Source of the DNA: Candidatus Latescibacterota bacterium
GTDB lineage: Bacteria > Latescibacterota > UBA2968 > UBA8231
Assembly (NCBI GenBank): GCA_965206595.1
Contig: OZ242214.1
Span: 6,272,001 to 6,336,000 of the forward strand
Reading direction: 5' to 3'
DNA: 64,000 bases
Shown: piece by piece, positions 1-11,000 of the stretch
Layout of the letters: each line of letters begins with the position of its first letter
Position numbering within the stretch: position 1 is the stretch's first letter
Notes under the pieces: generated by a model
The model's input: the letters and a program-made list of their open reading frames with translations, nothing else
The model's database searches: none
What the model was told of the DNA's origin: nothing
Translations under genes and position numbers: made by a program

Positions 1-87
1 AAGCGGGCCTTCTACCTGCGCGCCAGGCTGAACGGCGCCGCCCGCAGCGGGGAGTACACCCTGGCGATGGAGAGGGAAGCCGCCTGA
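1..87 (+). CDS. 3' end of a probable class I fructose-bisphosphate aldolase (partial)
   Basis: Frame 1 reads KRAFYLRARLNGAARSGEYTLAMEREAA*, resembling the class I FBA C-terminus (AFxxRAxxNxxAxxGxY); glycolytic neighbourhood (aceE). Confidence 0.55.
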   Translation, partial: KRAFYLRARLNGAARSGEYTLAMEREAA

Positions 88-170
88 CTCACGGTCGAGC
101 TGCCGTTCCGGATTACCCTCCGGGAAGGCGGATTAGAGCCGAAGATCCTGAGTCAGCAGCATCGCAAGCC

Positions 171-217
171 AGAAAAAAGGCGCGGTCCGCACGAAAGCGG
201 TCGCGCCTTCTTCTTTT
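171..217. terminator. Probable bidirectional intrinsic terminator
   Basis: agaaaaaaggcgcggtccgc-acgaaa-gcggtcgcgccttcttctttt: hairpin with A-rich and T-rich flanks between convergent genes. Confidence 0.7.
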
Positions 218-268
218 GCAGCTCAAATAACGGCCGGCGGTTGGAATGTCCGCCTCGGGGCCGGCGCC

Positions 269-2944
269 TCAGGCATGGAGCGGGTCGCACTTCTCCGGAT
301 CGATGTCGAGGTCGGAGACCGCGCGGCGCACCTCCTCCTGGCCGAGAATTCCCTGGCGGTGCAGGTCGGCGATCGCGGCATAGGCGATCGTCTCGGCGTC
401 GACCTCGAAGAAACGGCGCAGGGTGGCGCGCGACTCGCTGCGGCCGAAGCCGTCGGTGCCCAGGGCGACCGGCGGCCGCGGAAACCAGCGCGCGATCGAG
501 TTCGGCAGCGCCTTGATGTAGTCGGAGGCGATGACGAAGCTGCCGCTTTCCCCCTCGAGACATTCGCCGATCCAGGATTTACGCGGCGAGCCCTCCTGCT
601 GCCGCAGACCGAGCCGTTCGCAGGCGCCGCCGTCCTCGTGCAGCTGGCGGAAGCTGGTGATCGACCAGACGCTGGCGCCGACGTCGAAGCGCTCGGCGAG
701 GATCTCCCGCGCCCGCAGCGCCTCGTTGAGGATGCTGCCGCTGGCGAACAGGTGCGCCTGCCTGTGGAGCCCTTCCGGCGCTTCCCGCAACCGGTACATC
801 CCCCTGAGGATCCCCTCCTCCGCACCAGGCGGCATGGCCGGCATCGGGTAATCCTCGTTCTGAACGGTCAGGTAGTAGACGAGGTCCTCGCCGCGGCCGT
901 ACATGCGCTCGATCCCTTCCCGCACGATGACGGCGAGCTCGTAGCCGAAGGCGGGGTCGTAGGCGACCACGTGGGGATAGCTGTAGGAGAGCAGGTGGCT
1001 GTGCCCGTCCTGGTGCTGCAGCCCCTCGCCGTTGAGGGTCGTGCGCCCGGAGGTGGCGCCGATGAGGAAGCCTCGCGCCCGCTGGTCGCCGGCGGCGAAG
1101 ACGAGATCGCCGACGCGCTGGAACCCGAAGATCGAGTAGAAGACGAAGAACGGCAGGGTGTGAATGCCGTGGCTGGAATAGGCGGTCCCCGCGGCGATGA
1201 AGGAGGACAGGGCTCCGGCCTCGGTGATCCCCTCCTCGATCAGCTGCCCGTCCCGGGCCTCGCGGTAGTAGGTGAGGGTCTCGCTGTCGACCGGCTCGTA
1301 CAGCTGCCCGATATGCGAGTAGATCCCGTACTGCCGGAACAGCGCCTCCATGCCGAAGGTGCGCGCCTCGTCGGCGACGATCGGCACGATCAGCGGCCCG
1401 AGCTGCTTGTGGCGCAGCAGCTTCGCCAGGATGCGCACGAACATCATGGTCGACGACGCGCGGCGCTCACCGGTGCCGGCCAGGAATTCGTCGAACAGGT
1501 CGCGGTGCTGTGCATCCCCCGGCGGCGGCCCTGCCGAGCGGCTCGGCACGAACCCGCCGAGGGCCCGGCGGCGCTCGATCAAGTACTGGCTTTCGGGGGT
1601 CTCGGCCGCCGGCTGGTAGTAGGACAGCTGCTCGACCTCCTCGTCGGACAGGGGGATGGCGAAACGGGTGCGGATGTTCCGCAGGGCCGCGGTGTCGAGC
1701 TTCTTCTGCTGGTGGGCGCCCATGCGCCCTTCCCCGGCTTCCCCCATTCCGTACCCCTTGATGGTCTTGGCGAGCACCACCGAGGGGGCGCCGCGGAACT
1801 CGAGGGCGGCGCGGTAGGCGGCGTACACCTTCTCGGGGTCGTGGCCGCCGCGGCGGATGGTGCGGATGTGCTCGTCGGTCAGGTGCCGGGAGAGCTTCAT
1901 CAGGCTCTCGTCGACGCCGAAGAAGTGGTTGCGCTGGTAGTTGCCGTCGGAGACGCTGTACTTCTGGTACTGGCCGTCGACGATCTCCCCCATGCGCCGC
2001 GCCAGCAGCCCCTGCTCGTCCAAGGCCAGCAGCGGGTCCCAGTCGCTTCCCCAGATCACCTTGATGACGTTCCAGCCGGCGCCGCAGAAAACGGTTTCCA
2101 GCTCCTGGATGATCTTGCCGTTGCCGCGCACCGGGCCGTCGAGCCGCTGCAGGTTGCAGTTGACGACGAAAACGAGATTGTCGAGCTGCTCGCGGGCGGC
2201 CAGGGAGATGGCCCCGAGGGATTCCGGCTCGTCCATTTCGCCGTCGCCGATGAAGGCCCAGACCTTGGCGTCCGACGGCTGCTTGAGGCCGCGGTCCTCG
2301 AGATAGCGGTTGAAGCGGGCCTGGTAGATCGCCATGATCGGGCACAGCCCCATCGACGCCGTGGGGAACTGCCAGAAGTCCGGCATAAGGCGCGGGTGCG
2401 GGTAGGAGGACAGTCCCCCTTCCGGGCTGAGCTCGTGGCGGTAGTTGTCGAGCTGCTCCTCGCTCAGCCGTCCCTCGAGGAAGGCGCGGGCGTAGATCCC
2501 CGGGGCCGTATGCGCCTGCCAGAAGACGTGATCCCCCTCGAAACCGCGGTCGCGGCCGCGCATGAAATGGTTGAGAGCCACCTCGTACAGGGTCGCTACC
2601 GAGGCGTAGGTCGCAATATGGCCGCCGATCGTCGGGTCGGCGCGGTTGGCGCGCACCACCATGATCATGGCGTTCCAGCGGATGATGTTGCGGATGCGCC
2701 GCTCGAGGTCGTGGCTGCCGGGATAAGGGGGCTGCGCCGACGGGGGGATGGTGTTGACGTACGGCGTGCTGGCGGCGAACGGCAGCGACACCCCGCGCTG
2801 CCGGGCGTGGTCGCGCAGGCGCTGCAGCAGCTTGCGGACGCGCTCCGGTCCCGAGTGCTCGAGCACGTAGTCGAGGGACTCGAGCCATTCCCCGGTCTCG
2901 AGGCTGTCGAGCAGCTCCTCGTCGGTCCGCGGCATGCCGGTCAT
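269..2944 (-). CDS. aceE: Pyruvate dehydrogenase E1 component (homodimeric type)
   Basis: 891 aa; LSSYPHP, FPTASMGL, ThDP motif GDGEMDEPES, NLQRLDGPVRGNGKIIQELE, GRTTLNGEGLQHQDGHS, LGTDGFGRS. Confidence 0.97.
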   Translation of the reverse strand: MTGMPRTDEELLDSLETGEWLESLDYVLEHSGPERVRKLLQRLRDHARQRGVSLPFAASTPYVNTIPPSAQPPYPGSHDLERRIRNIIRWNAMIMVVRANRADPTIGGHIATYASVATLYEVALNHFMRGRDRGFEGDHVFWQAHTAPGIYARAFLEGRLSEEQLDNYRHELSPEGGLSSYPHPRLMPDFWQFPTASMGLCPIMAIYQARFNRYLEDRGLKQPSDAKVWAFIGDGEMDEPESLGAISLAAREQLDNLVFVVNCNLQRLDGPVRGNGKIIQELETVFCGAGWNVIKVIWGSDWDPLLALDEQGLLARRMGEIVDGQYQKYSVSDGNYQRNHFFGVDESLMKLSRHLTDEHIRTIRRGGHDPEKVYAAYRAALEFRGAPSVVLAKTIKGYGMGEAGEGRMGAHQQKKLDTAALRNIRTRFAIPLSDEEVEQLSYYQPAAETPESQYLIERRRALGGFVPSRSAGPPPGDAQHRDLFDEFLAGTGERRASSTMMFVRILAKLLRHKQLGPLIVPIVADEARTFGMEALFRQYGIYSHIGQLYEPVDSETLTYYREARDGQLIEEGITEAGALSSFIAAGTAYSSHGIHTLPFFVFYSIFGFQRVGDLVFAAGDQRARGFLIGATSGRTTLNGEGLQHQDGHSHLLSYSYPHVVAYDPAFGYELAVIVREGIERMYGRGEDLVYYLTVQNEDYPMPAMPPGAEEGILRGMYRLREAPEGLHRQAHLFASGSILNEALRAREILAERFDVGASVWSITSFRQLHEDGGACERLGLRQQEGSPRKSWIGECLEGESGSFVIASDYIKALPNSIARWFPRPPVALGTDGFGRSESRATLRRFFEVDAETIAYAAIADLHRQGILGQEEVRRAVSDLDIDPEKCDPLHA

Positions 2945-2954
2945 GGCCAGTACA

Positions 2955-3908
2955 TCAGTTCACGACGTTCTCGGGCTCGCCGGCGAGGAACGCCTTGACG
3001 TTGTCGACCAGGGTGTTGAGCAGCCGTGAGCGCGCCGACCGCGTCGCCCAGGCGATGTGCGGCGTGACGAAGCAGTTCCTGGCGCTGAACAGGGGATTGT
3101 CGCGCGGCGGAGGCTCCACCGAGACGACGTCGAGCCCGGCCCCGGCGATGCGGCCGGCGTTGAGGGCGTCGGCGAGCGCCCGGTCGTCGACGAGGGGGCC
3201 GCGGCTGGTGTTGATAAGCAGGGCCGATCCCTTCATCAGGTCGATGCGCCCGGCGTCGACGAGGTTCTCCGTTTCCGGGGTCAGCGGGCAGTGCAGGCTG
3301 ATGACGTCGCTGCGCCGGAAGAGGTCGTCGACGTCGGTGAACTCGACACCGGGAAAATCCGCAGGGTCGAGAAAGGCGTCGTGGGCGAGCAGCTCCATGC
3401 CGAGGGCGCGGCCGATGCCGCCGGTGCGCTGCCCGATGCGGCCGTAGCCGACGATCCCCAGGGTCAGCCCGTCGAGCTCGCGCAACGGGAAGTCCCAGTA
3501 ACAGAAGTCGCGGCACTCGCTCCAGCGCCCCTCCGTGACGGTGCCGGCGTGGTGGGCGACCCGCTGCGTCAGGTTGAGGACGTGGGCGAAGACCATCTGC
3601 GCCACCGAGGCGGTGCCGTAGGTCGGGATGTTGGTCACCGGGATGTCCCGCTCCCGGGCAGCCTCGATGTCGACGACGTTGAATCCGGTCGCCTGGACGC
3701 CGATGTATTTCAGATCGGGAAGCCGGCCGATCACCTCGCGCGAGAGCTCCACCTTGTTGGTCATGACAACCTCCGCTCCCTGGGCCCGTTCCACCGCCTG
3801 CTCGTTCAGGGAATGGTCGTAGACCGTGAGCTCGCCGAGGGCCTCCAGGCCCTCCCAGCTGAGATCGCCTGGATTGAGAGTGTATCCGTCGAGTACGACA
3901 ATCTTCAT
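2955..3908 (-). CDS. D-2-hydroxyacid dehydrogenase (glycerate dehydrogenase/HprA-like)
   Basis: MKIVVLDGYTLNPGDLSW start, GIVGYGRIG Rossmann motif, SLHCPLT, INTSRG, TPHIAW. Confidence 0.92.
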   Translation of the reverse strand: MKIVVLDGYTLNPGDLSWEGLEALGELTVYDHSLNEQAVERAQGAEVVMTNKVELSREVIGRLPDLKYIGVQATGFNVVDIEAARERDIPVTNIPTYGTASVAQMVFAHVLNLTQRVAHHAGTVTEGRWSECRDFCYWDFPLRELDGLTLGIVGYGRIGQRTGGIGRALGMELLAHDAFLDPADFPGVEFTDVDDLFRRSDVISLHCPLTPETENLVDAGRIDLMKGSALLINTSRGPLVDDRALADALNAGRIAGAGLDVVSVEPPPRDNPLFSARNCFVTPHIAWATRSARSRLLNTLVDNVKAFLAGEPENVVN

Positions 3909-4168
3909 CTATCGCGTCTCCTGTCGCCCCATGTGAGGGGATGGGCTTTCCGCTCGTTGCGGCGCCGCGCTGAACGGCCCGCGTGGTCAGGACAGGATAA
4001 ACGGATTTAGCGGGGGAGCGGGCAAGGGAGAAGGCGGTCCGCGCCTTTGTCATTGGTGCTGATGGCGGTGTCAAGTCGAGAGCGCGATAGACCCTCTGTA
4101 CTGACGTGTCATCCCTGGGAAATTCCGATTAGGTTTAGCCTTCTTTGACCGGAGGGGAGCAGAAGCCC

Positions 4169-5287
4169 ATGCAACAGACCCGGATGCATCGCACCGACCA
4201 AGGTCTTTCCATGACCAGGGGTTGGTACGAAGACTGCCGGCGGCTGGCGGCGCAGGTCCCCCGACTTGGGATCTGTCTCCTGAGCGCCGGGATGGTTGCA
4301 TGGGCAGGGTCGGCGGCGGCGCAGGATGGCGGGGCCGCGGAGCTGTGTCGGAACGGGGTTGTCGTGCCTGAGCCGCAGGACCATCCAGGCCTCGTGGCTG
4401 ATTGTGCAGCGCTGCTGGGCGCCCTGAGCCAGTGGGGGGATTCCGGTTTGAACTGGAGCGCGGAAAGACCGATCCGTCGATGGGAGGATATCTGGTTGTC
4501 GGAAACCTCAAACGAATTGCGGGTCACAATCCTGAGCCCGGAGTACCACAACTTGGAGGAGCTCCCCCCTGAAATAGGCCAACTGTCAAAGCTTGAGCAT
4601 CTGGATTTTTCACGGAATGAACTCAAGACCATTCCACCTGAAATAGGTCAACTCATCCAACTGAAGAGCTTGGACCTGCGTTCCAACAACTTGGAGATGC
4701 TCCCCCCTGAAATAGGTCAACTGTCAAAGCTTGAGTATCTGACACTCTGGGCGAATGAACTCAAGACGATCCCACCTGAAATAGGTCAACTCACGCAACT
4801 GGAGACTGCAACTGGAGACCCTGGTCCTGTCTACCAACGACTTGGAGGAGCTCCCCCCTGAAATAGGCCAACTGGCAAAGCTTGAGTATCTGTCACTCTC
4901 GGGGAATGAATTCGAGATGATCCCTTCCGAGTTAAGCCAACTTGGAAACCTGAGGACACTCTATATCGGCTTTTGTCGACTGAGGGGAGCGATCTTGCCT
5001 GATTTGGGCAATCTCGACCAGTTGGAGTGGCTTTACTTGGCGGGCAACTTTTTGTCGGGGGCGATTCCCCCGGAGTTGGGTCAATTGGCCTTGTTAGAGA
5101 TCTTGAACCTCTCCGAAAACGATCTGACGGGAGAGATTCCACCTGACTTGGGGTCGCATGGCTGCCTTGGAAAGGTTGGACCTCTCCCGCAATGCCTTGA
5201 GTGGACCGATTCCGCCCGAGTTGGGTCAATTGGCCTTGTTAAGGGTCTTAAATCTCTCCGAAAACGATCTGACGGGGCAGATTCCAC
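4169..5287 (+). pseudogene. Secreted LRR protein, doubly frameshifted and truncated by IS1380
   Basis: Signal-like hydrophobic stretch, LVADCAALL N-cap, [16 protein letters not shown] repeats spread over three frames (ORFs 4145, 4842, 5158); ends at the IS left end. Confidence 0.85.
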
Positions 5288-7147
5288 CCCTTGTTATTCA
5301 TGGAATTTTAGTGGAGAGGGCTGTACTGGGTGCCTCCCATGCTTAGATTTCAGAGGGAAACACAAGGCAGTATCGCCCTTTGAACCCATCACACAGTAGG
5401 ACACCCAATGGGTGAATTACCGTCACACACCGAGTCCGAGCAAGCCGGGCCGATTCAGCCGTCTTTCAACCGCTCCATCCACATCGAAGCCCGCCCCACC
5501 CACCTTGGCAGCGACACCGGTGCGCTGATGTTGCGTCAACTGCTCGAACACAGCCGGGTTCTGGATTGGCTCGACGCCCACTTCGAGGATCTCCGTACCC
5601 AAGACCAGATCACGCACCCGCTGCCGGAGCTGCTGCGCACACAGATCGTGCTGCTGGCACAGGGCTGGACCCACGCCGCCGACGCCGACGCGTTGCGCCA
5701 AGATCCGATCCTGCGTCTGGCGGTCAGCGATCGCAAAGGGCAGGCGCCGTTGCGCAGCGGCGACGAAGACCGGCCGCAGGGACTGGCCAGTCAGCCGACG
5801 CTGTCGCGCCTGCTCGAGCAAGCCTCGACTGCCTATAACCGCGAGGTGTTGGAGGAAGCCGTCCTGCGCAGCGCCCGGTCTCGTTGCCGGCTGCTGGAAG
5901 GACGGATGAAATACGAGGAGTTGGCCGTCGACATGGATGCCCTGCCGATGCCGGCGCACGGGCACCAGGCGGGGGTCGAATACAACGGCTACTTCCACGC
6001 CTCGGGGTACCATCCCCTGCTCCTCGGCTCGGCGCAGACGGGCGATTTCTTCGGTGCCGTGCTGCGGCCGGGCAACGTGCACGCCCATGAGGGCGCCTCA
6101 GAGGCTCTCGGCAAGCGCTTGGACTGGATTCAGTCGCATCTGGCCCGGCGCCTCATCCTGCGCTTCGACGCGGCCTCGGTGAGCGGGTCTTTCCTGAGTG
6201 AGCTGGAAGCGCGGGCCGACACCTCGTACGTGGCGCGCATCAAGAAGAATGCGCGCCTGGAGGAGCTGGCTCGTGCCTGGGTGGAAGGCTATCAGCAGGA
6301 GCTGGCGCAGCACCCGGAAGAGCTGCGGGAAGAGGGTTTTCGCTGTCGCGAGCTGCGCTATCAAGCCAGGTCCTGGGCGCAGCCCCGGCGGGTGGTGTTG
6401 GTCCTGGTCCCTTCCGAGACGGAAGAGCTGCCCATCGCCCGCCACTTCTTCCTGATCACCGACCAGAGTCCCCAGACGATGAGCGGCCGCGACCTGGTCG
6501 CCTTTTATCGTCAGCGCGGCCTTTTCGAGCGCATGCTCGGCGAGTTGAGCTCCACCCTCCAGCCTCAGCTCTCCTCTACCACCCGTCGCAAGCAACACTA
6601 CCGGGGTCGAGAGCCGCGTCAGCGCACCCCGTCCCGGGATGCCTTCGCTGCCAACCAGGCGCTTCTGACCTTGAACCTGCTGGCCTACAACCTGCTTCAC
6701 CTGGGCCGCCAGGCCGCCGAACGCGCCGAGGCCCGACGCGGGCGGCCCCGCACATACGGACGCTCGACGACGGCCCTGAGCCTGGACAGTTTTCGACGGC
6801 GCTACCTGCGCCTGCCGTCCCGCGTCACCTTGCATGGGCGCAGGGTGGGCGTCATCCTGACCCAAGGGACGGCGGCTGCCTGGGATCGTCTGTGGAGATT
6901 TCTGGCCACGCTCAAACCGGTGGACGCGGCGATGGCGTAAGCGCAGGCCGGGTCGGTCGGGATGATGGGCTCGCAAAGGCAAGCGTCTTCGAGAAGGCGC
7001 GTACAATTTCAACAAGGTCGGTAGAGATAAGGAGACGGCTCTACCCAAAAAGCCGACTATAGAAGGGACGCAAGCCTCTGAGGCTAAGCAAAGGGGTCTC
7101 GGAAGCGCCTATGTCCGCTTATGCGCGGGTTGAATGAATAACAAAGG
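5288..7147 (+). mobile_element. IS1380-family insertion sequence, copy 1 (1860 bp)
   Basis: Terminal IRs CCCTTGTTATTCAT / ATGAATAACAAAGG; near-identical inverted copy at 37382-39241. Confidence 0.9.
5408..6940 (+). CDS. IS1380-family DDE transposase
   Basis: 510 aa; SDTGALML, D.LR.DP, LASQPTLSRL, YNGYF..GYHPL, LRPGN, FY.QRG motifs typical of DDE_Tnp_1_4. Confidence 0.9.
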   Translation: MGELPSHTESEQAGPIQPSFNRSIHIEARPTHLGSDTGALMLRQLLEHSRVLDWLDAHFEDLRTQDQITHPLPELLRTQIVLLAQGWTHAADADALRQDPILRLAVSDRKGQAPLRSGDEDRPQGLASQPTLSRLLEQASTAYNREVLEEAVLRSARSRCRLLEGRMKYEELAVDMDALPMPAHGHQAGVEYNGYFHASGYHPLLLGSAQTGDFFGAVLRPGNVHAHEGASEALGKRLDWIQSHLARRLILRFDAASVSGSFLSELEARADTSYVARIKKNARLEELARAWVEGYQQELAQHPEELREEGFRCRELRYQARSWAQPRRVVLVLVPSETEELPIARHFFLITDQSPQTMSGRDLVAFYRQRGLFERMLGELSSTLQPQLSSTTRRKQHYRGREPRQRTPSRDAFAANQALLTLNLLAYNLLHLGRQAAERAEARRGRPRTYGRSTTALSLDSFRRRYLRLPSRVTLHGRRVGVILTQGTAAAWDRLWRFLATLKPVDAAMA

Positions 7148-7542
7148 TTCATATGGAGGCCCTCAATCGATCGCTCGGCGATGCCGGAGAAGCATTGGTT
7201 ATGAATTTCGAGCGCGCCAGGCTCCTGGGTGAAGGCAAGGACCACTTGGCCAGAAACGTCGAGCAGGTCTCCAAAACTGTGGGCGACCATGCCGGTTTTG
7301 ATATTCATTCGTACGAAGTCAACGGGCGGGACCGGTTCATCGAGGTCAAGACGACGCGTTACGGCAAGCTCACGCCGTTCTACATAAGTGAAGGCGAGGT
7401 CCGATTCTCCGATGCGAACGCACAAGCCTACCATCTCTACCGGCTTTTCGAGTTTCGGCAGAGCCCCAAGCTCTTCCAGTTACCAGGGGATGTCAGGCGT
7501 CAGGTGCAGTTACAGGCAGTCAACTACCGCGCACACCTCTGA
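7148..7542 (+). pseudogene. DUF3883 (NO VEIN C-terminal, PD-(D/E)XK nuclease-like) domain, 5'-truncated by IS1380
   Basis: LGDAGEALV..FE..RL, GDHAGFDIHSY, RFIEVKTT, FYISEGE. Confidence 0.8.
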
Positions 7543-7619
7543 GAACCGCCCTGTATTTATTCCGTCGTCGAGCCCGAATCCTGGGGAAGGATCAAACACC
7601 AGTGAGTTACCGGCCCTTT

Positions 7620-7800
7620 TTCGACAGTTTGGGATTATGACAAGGATTCGGTCGCCAAGGTCGAAGTGTGGGATGTGAGAACAGGCAGGAGAATCGCTAC
7701 CCTGCAGGGATCGGGGTGCAAGGACCAAGTGCTGTCGTTCTCACCCGATGGGACCTCGTTGGCCTGCGTATCCCCGTATGGGGTCATCCTTTGGGACGAA
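7620..7800 (+). pseudogene. WD40-repeat remnant
   Basis: KVEVWDVRTGRRIATLQG...SFSPDGTSLA...VILWD. Confidence 0.6.
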
Positions 7801-8046
7801 TCCGTTGCCCTGCCCGAAGGGGGCCTGAAAGGACGGTTGCAGTGCATCCCAGAAGGAGTGTCTGACGGGGACCATCGAGTTCGGGGGAACAACTTCGTCC
7901 AGCAGCTTCCTGTCCTCAGCCCCCCGCGCGGGCAGGACGTGATCGAATCAGACGTGGTGGTGGGAGTCTCGCCGGGAGAGAAAGAGCCATTGGCTTCGCC
8001 CAAGTCGACCCCTTCTACCTGGGGTCCAAGTCAAGGAGTCCGAGCG

Positions 8047-11000
8047 ATGAAAATGCACCGCACTCGAACGTACCGTCTGAGCTTGGTTGCCCTACTCGCA
8101 TTGCCGTGGCTGCTTTCGTGCTCAGACAAAAGCAAGGTGGTCAATACCCCTGATCAGGCGCGCGGCGAGGACCAGGCGCACGTCGACCTCAAGTCCCGGC
8201 CGTCGGTGTTCGCCCTGCCTCCCAAGCGCGACAGCAGCAGCGTGACGGTAAGCGAACCGGTGCGCGCGATCGACAACAACGCCGAACGCCGGGAACGAGC
8301 TTCCGCACTGGCTTCTTTGTACAAGGCGACCGAAGGGAAGAATTGGAAGAACAACACCAACTGGCTGAACTACGACGTGCCGCTGAGTAAATGGCATGGC
8401 GTCGAGACGGACCCCCAGGGTCGCATCATCGGGCTGGACCTCCGCGACAACGGGCTGGTGGAGGGATCCCTCCCGGCCGAACTGGGCCAGCTAACCGACC
8501 TTGAAAGGCTGGACCTTTCCGAAAACTGGATGAAGGGTTCCATCCCGCCCGAACTGGGCCAGCTGACCAACCTGAAACACCTGGACCTAAGCGAAAACGA
8601 CGATTTGAGGGGTTCCATTCCGTCCGAACTGGGCCAGCTGACCAACTTGGAATACCTGGACCTTGGTAGGCAAATTTACTTTTTGGAGTACGGCGGGGGG
8701 GGGTTTGGTCCTATTCCGCCCGAACTGGGCCAGCTGACCAACCTGAAATACCTGAACTTCTCCACTAGCGGCATTGACGGGTCCATCCCGCCGGAACTGG
8801 GCCAGTTGATCAATTTGGAAGAGCTGTACTTCTCCAACACCGAGTTTTTGTACATCACCGGGTTGAGGTTTCTCCCCCCCGAACTGGGCCAGCTGACCAA
8901 CCTGAGAGTGCTGGCCCTTTCCGCCAACCCGTTGAGCTCCCTCCCCCCGGAACTGGGCCAGTTGATCAATTTGAAAGAGCTATACCTCCGCAATACCTGG
9001 AAGTTGAGTTCCCTCCCGCCCGAACTGGGCCAGCTGACCAACCTGAAAAAGCTGGACCTCAGCGGCAGCCAGTTAAGTTCCCTCCCGCCCGAACTGGGCC
9101 AGCTGACCAACCTGGAAGTGCTGTACATCAGACGTATGGAGGAGTTGAGGGAAATTCCCCCCGAATTGGGCCAGCTGACCAACCTGAAAGTGCTGGACCT
9201 TTCCGAAAACTGGATGGAGAGTTCCCTCCCGCCCGAACTGGGCCAGCTGACCAACCTGATAAAGCTGGACCTTACCTCCAACTACTGGAGCGGTTCTATC
9301 CCGCCCGAACTGGGCCAGCTGACCAACCTGACAGAGCTGGATCTCTCCGGCAACCGGCACGGGCAACTGAGCGGTTCCATCCCGCCCGAGTTGGGCCAGA
9401 TGTTCAATCTGGAACGGCTGGATCTCAGCTACAACGACTTGAGCGGTTCCATCCCGCCCGAACTGGGTCAGCTGAACCACCTGGGATCGCTGAACCTCTC
9501 CGACAACGAATTGAGCGCCATCCCGCCGGAACTGGGCCAGCTGACCCACCTGAAAGGGCTGCATCTTCACGCCAACGAATTGAGCGGTTCCATCCCGCCC
9601 GAACTGGGGCAGCTGACCAACCTGGAAGGGCTGTATCTTCACGCCAACGAATTGAGCGGTTCCATCCCGCCCGAACTGGGGCAGCTGACCAACCTGGAAG
9701 GGCTGAACCTCTCCGACAACGACTGGAGCGGTTCCATCCCGCCCGAACTGGGGCAGCTGAACCACCTGGGATCGCTGAACCTCTCCGACAACGACTTGAG
9801 CGGTCCCATCCCGCCCGAACTGGGTCAGCTGACCCACCTGGGATCGCTGAACCTCTCCGACAACGAATTGAGCGGTCCCATCCCGCCCGAACTGGGCCAG
9901 CTGACCAACTTGAAATGGCTGGATCTCAGCGACAACGACTTGAGCGGGTCCATCCCGCCTGAACTGGGCCAACTGGTCAATCTGCGAGAGCTGCTCCTCG
10001 GCGGCAACCGGTTGAGCGGGTGTATCCCCGTCGCGCTGAATGGGATCTACGAAGAGGGGTTGTGGCCGTTCTGCGGGGACGGTAGCGAACCACCTGACGG
10101 CGATCCGGAATTATCCGCACTGGCTGCGCTGTACAGGGCTACGGACGGGGGAAACTGGGCGGAGAACACCAACTGGCTGAACTACGAGGTGCCCCTGAGT
10201 GAATGGCATGGCGTCGAGACAGACCCCAACGGTCGCATCACCGAGCTGTCCCTATCCGAAAACCAGTTGAGTGGTTCTCTCCCGTACAAACTGAGCCAGC
10301 TGGCCAACCTGGAACATTTGAACCTCGGCGCAAACGATTTAAGCGGTTCCATCCCGCCCGAATTGGGCCAGCTGTCCAACCTGAAATTTCTGGACCTCAG
10401 CCGAAACCGGTTGAACGGATCCATCCCGCCCGAACTAGGTCAGCTGAGCAACCTGGAAGTGCTGAATCTCGACTCCAACTACTTACGCGGTACCATCCCG
10501 TTGGAATTGGGCCAGTTGGCCAATCTGGAAGTGCTGAACCTTGCTTCATCCCAAATGGATTTGAGGGGCGGTATTCCGCCCGAACTGGGCCAGCTGTCGA
10601 ACCTGAAATTCCTGGACCTCAGCCGAAACCGGTTGAGCGGCTCCATCCCGCCCGAACTGGGCCAGTTGACCAACTTGGAAGTGCTGAATCTCAGGCAGAA
10701 CTGGTTAAGCGAATCCATCCCGGCCGAACTGGGCCAGATGACCAATCTGGAAGTGCTGGATCTCAGTGGGAACAGCTTTAGCGGATCTATCCCACCCGAA
10801 CTGGGCCAGTTGACCAACCTGAAAAAGCTGGATCTTTTCGACAACAGCTTTAGCGGATCCATCCCGCCCGAACTGGGCCAACTGGCCAATCTGGAATGGC
10901 TGTACCTTCGCCTCAACAGCTTTAGCGGATCTATCCCGCCCGAATTGGGCCTGATGACCAACCTAAAAGTGCTGGATCTCCCCGCCAACCGGTTGAGCGG

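Noticed and set aside
7666-8046. N-terminal extension of the 1232-aa ORF
   Set aside because: It is a WD40 scrap plus non-coding sequence; the RBS and lipoprotein signal point to ATG 8047.
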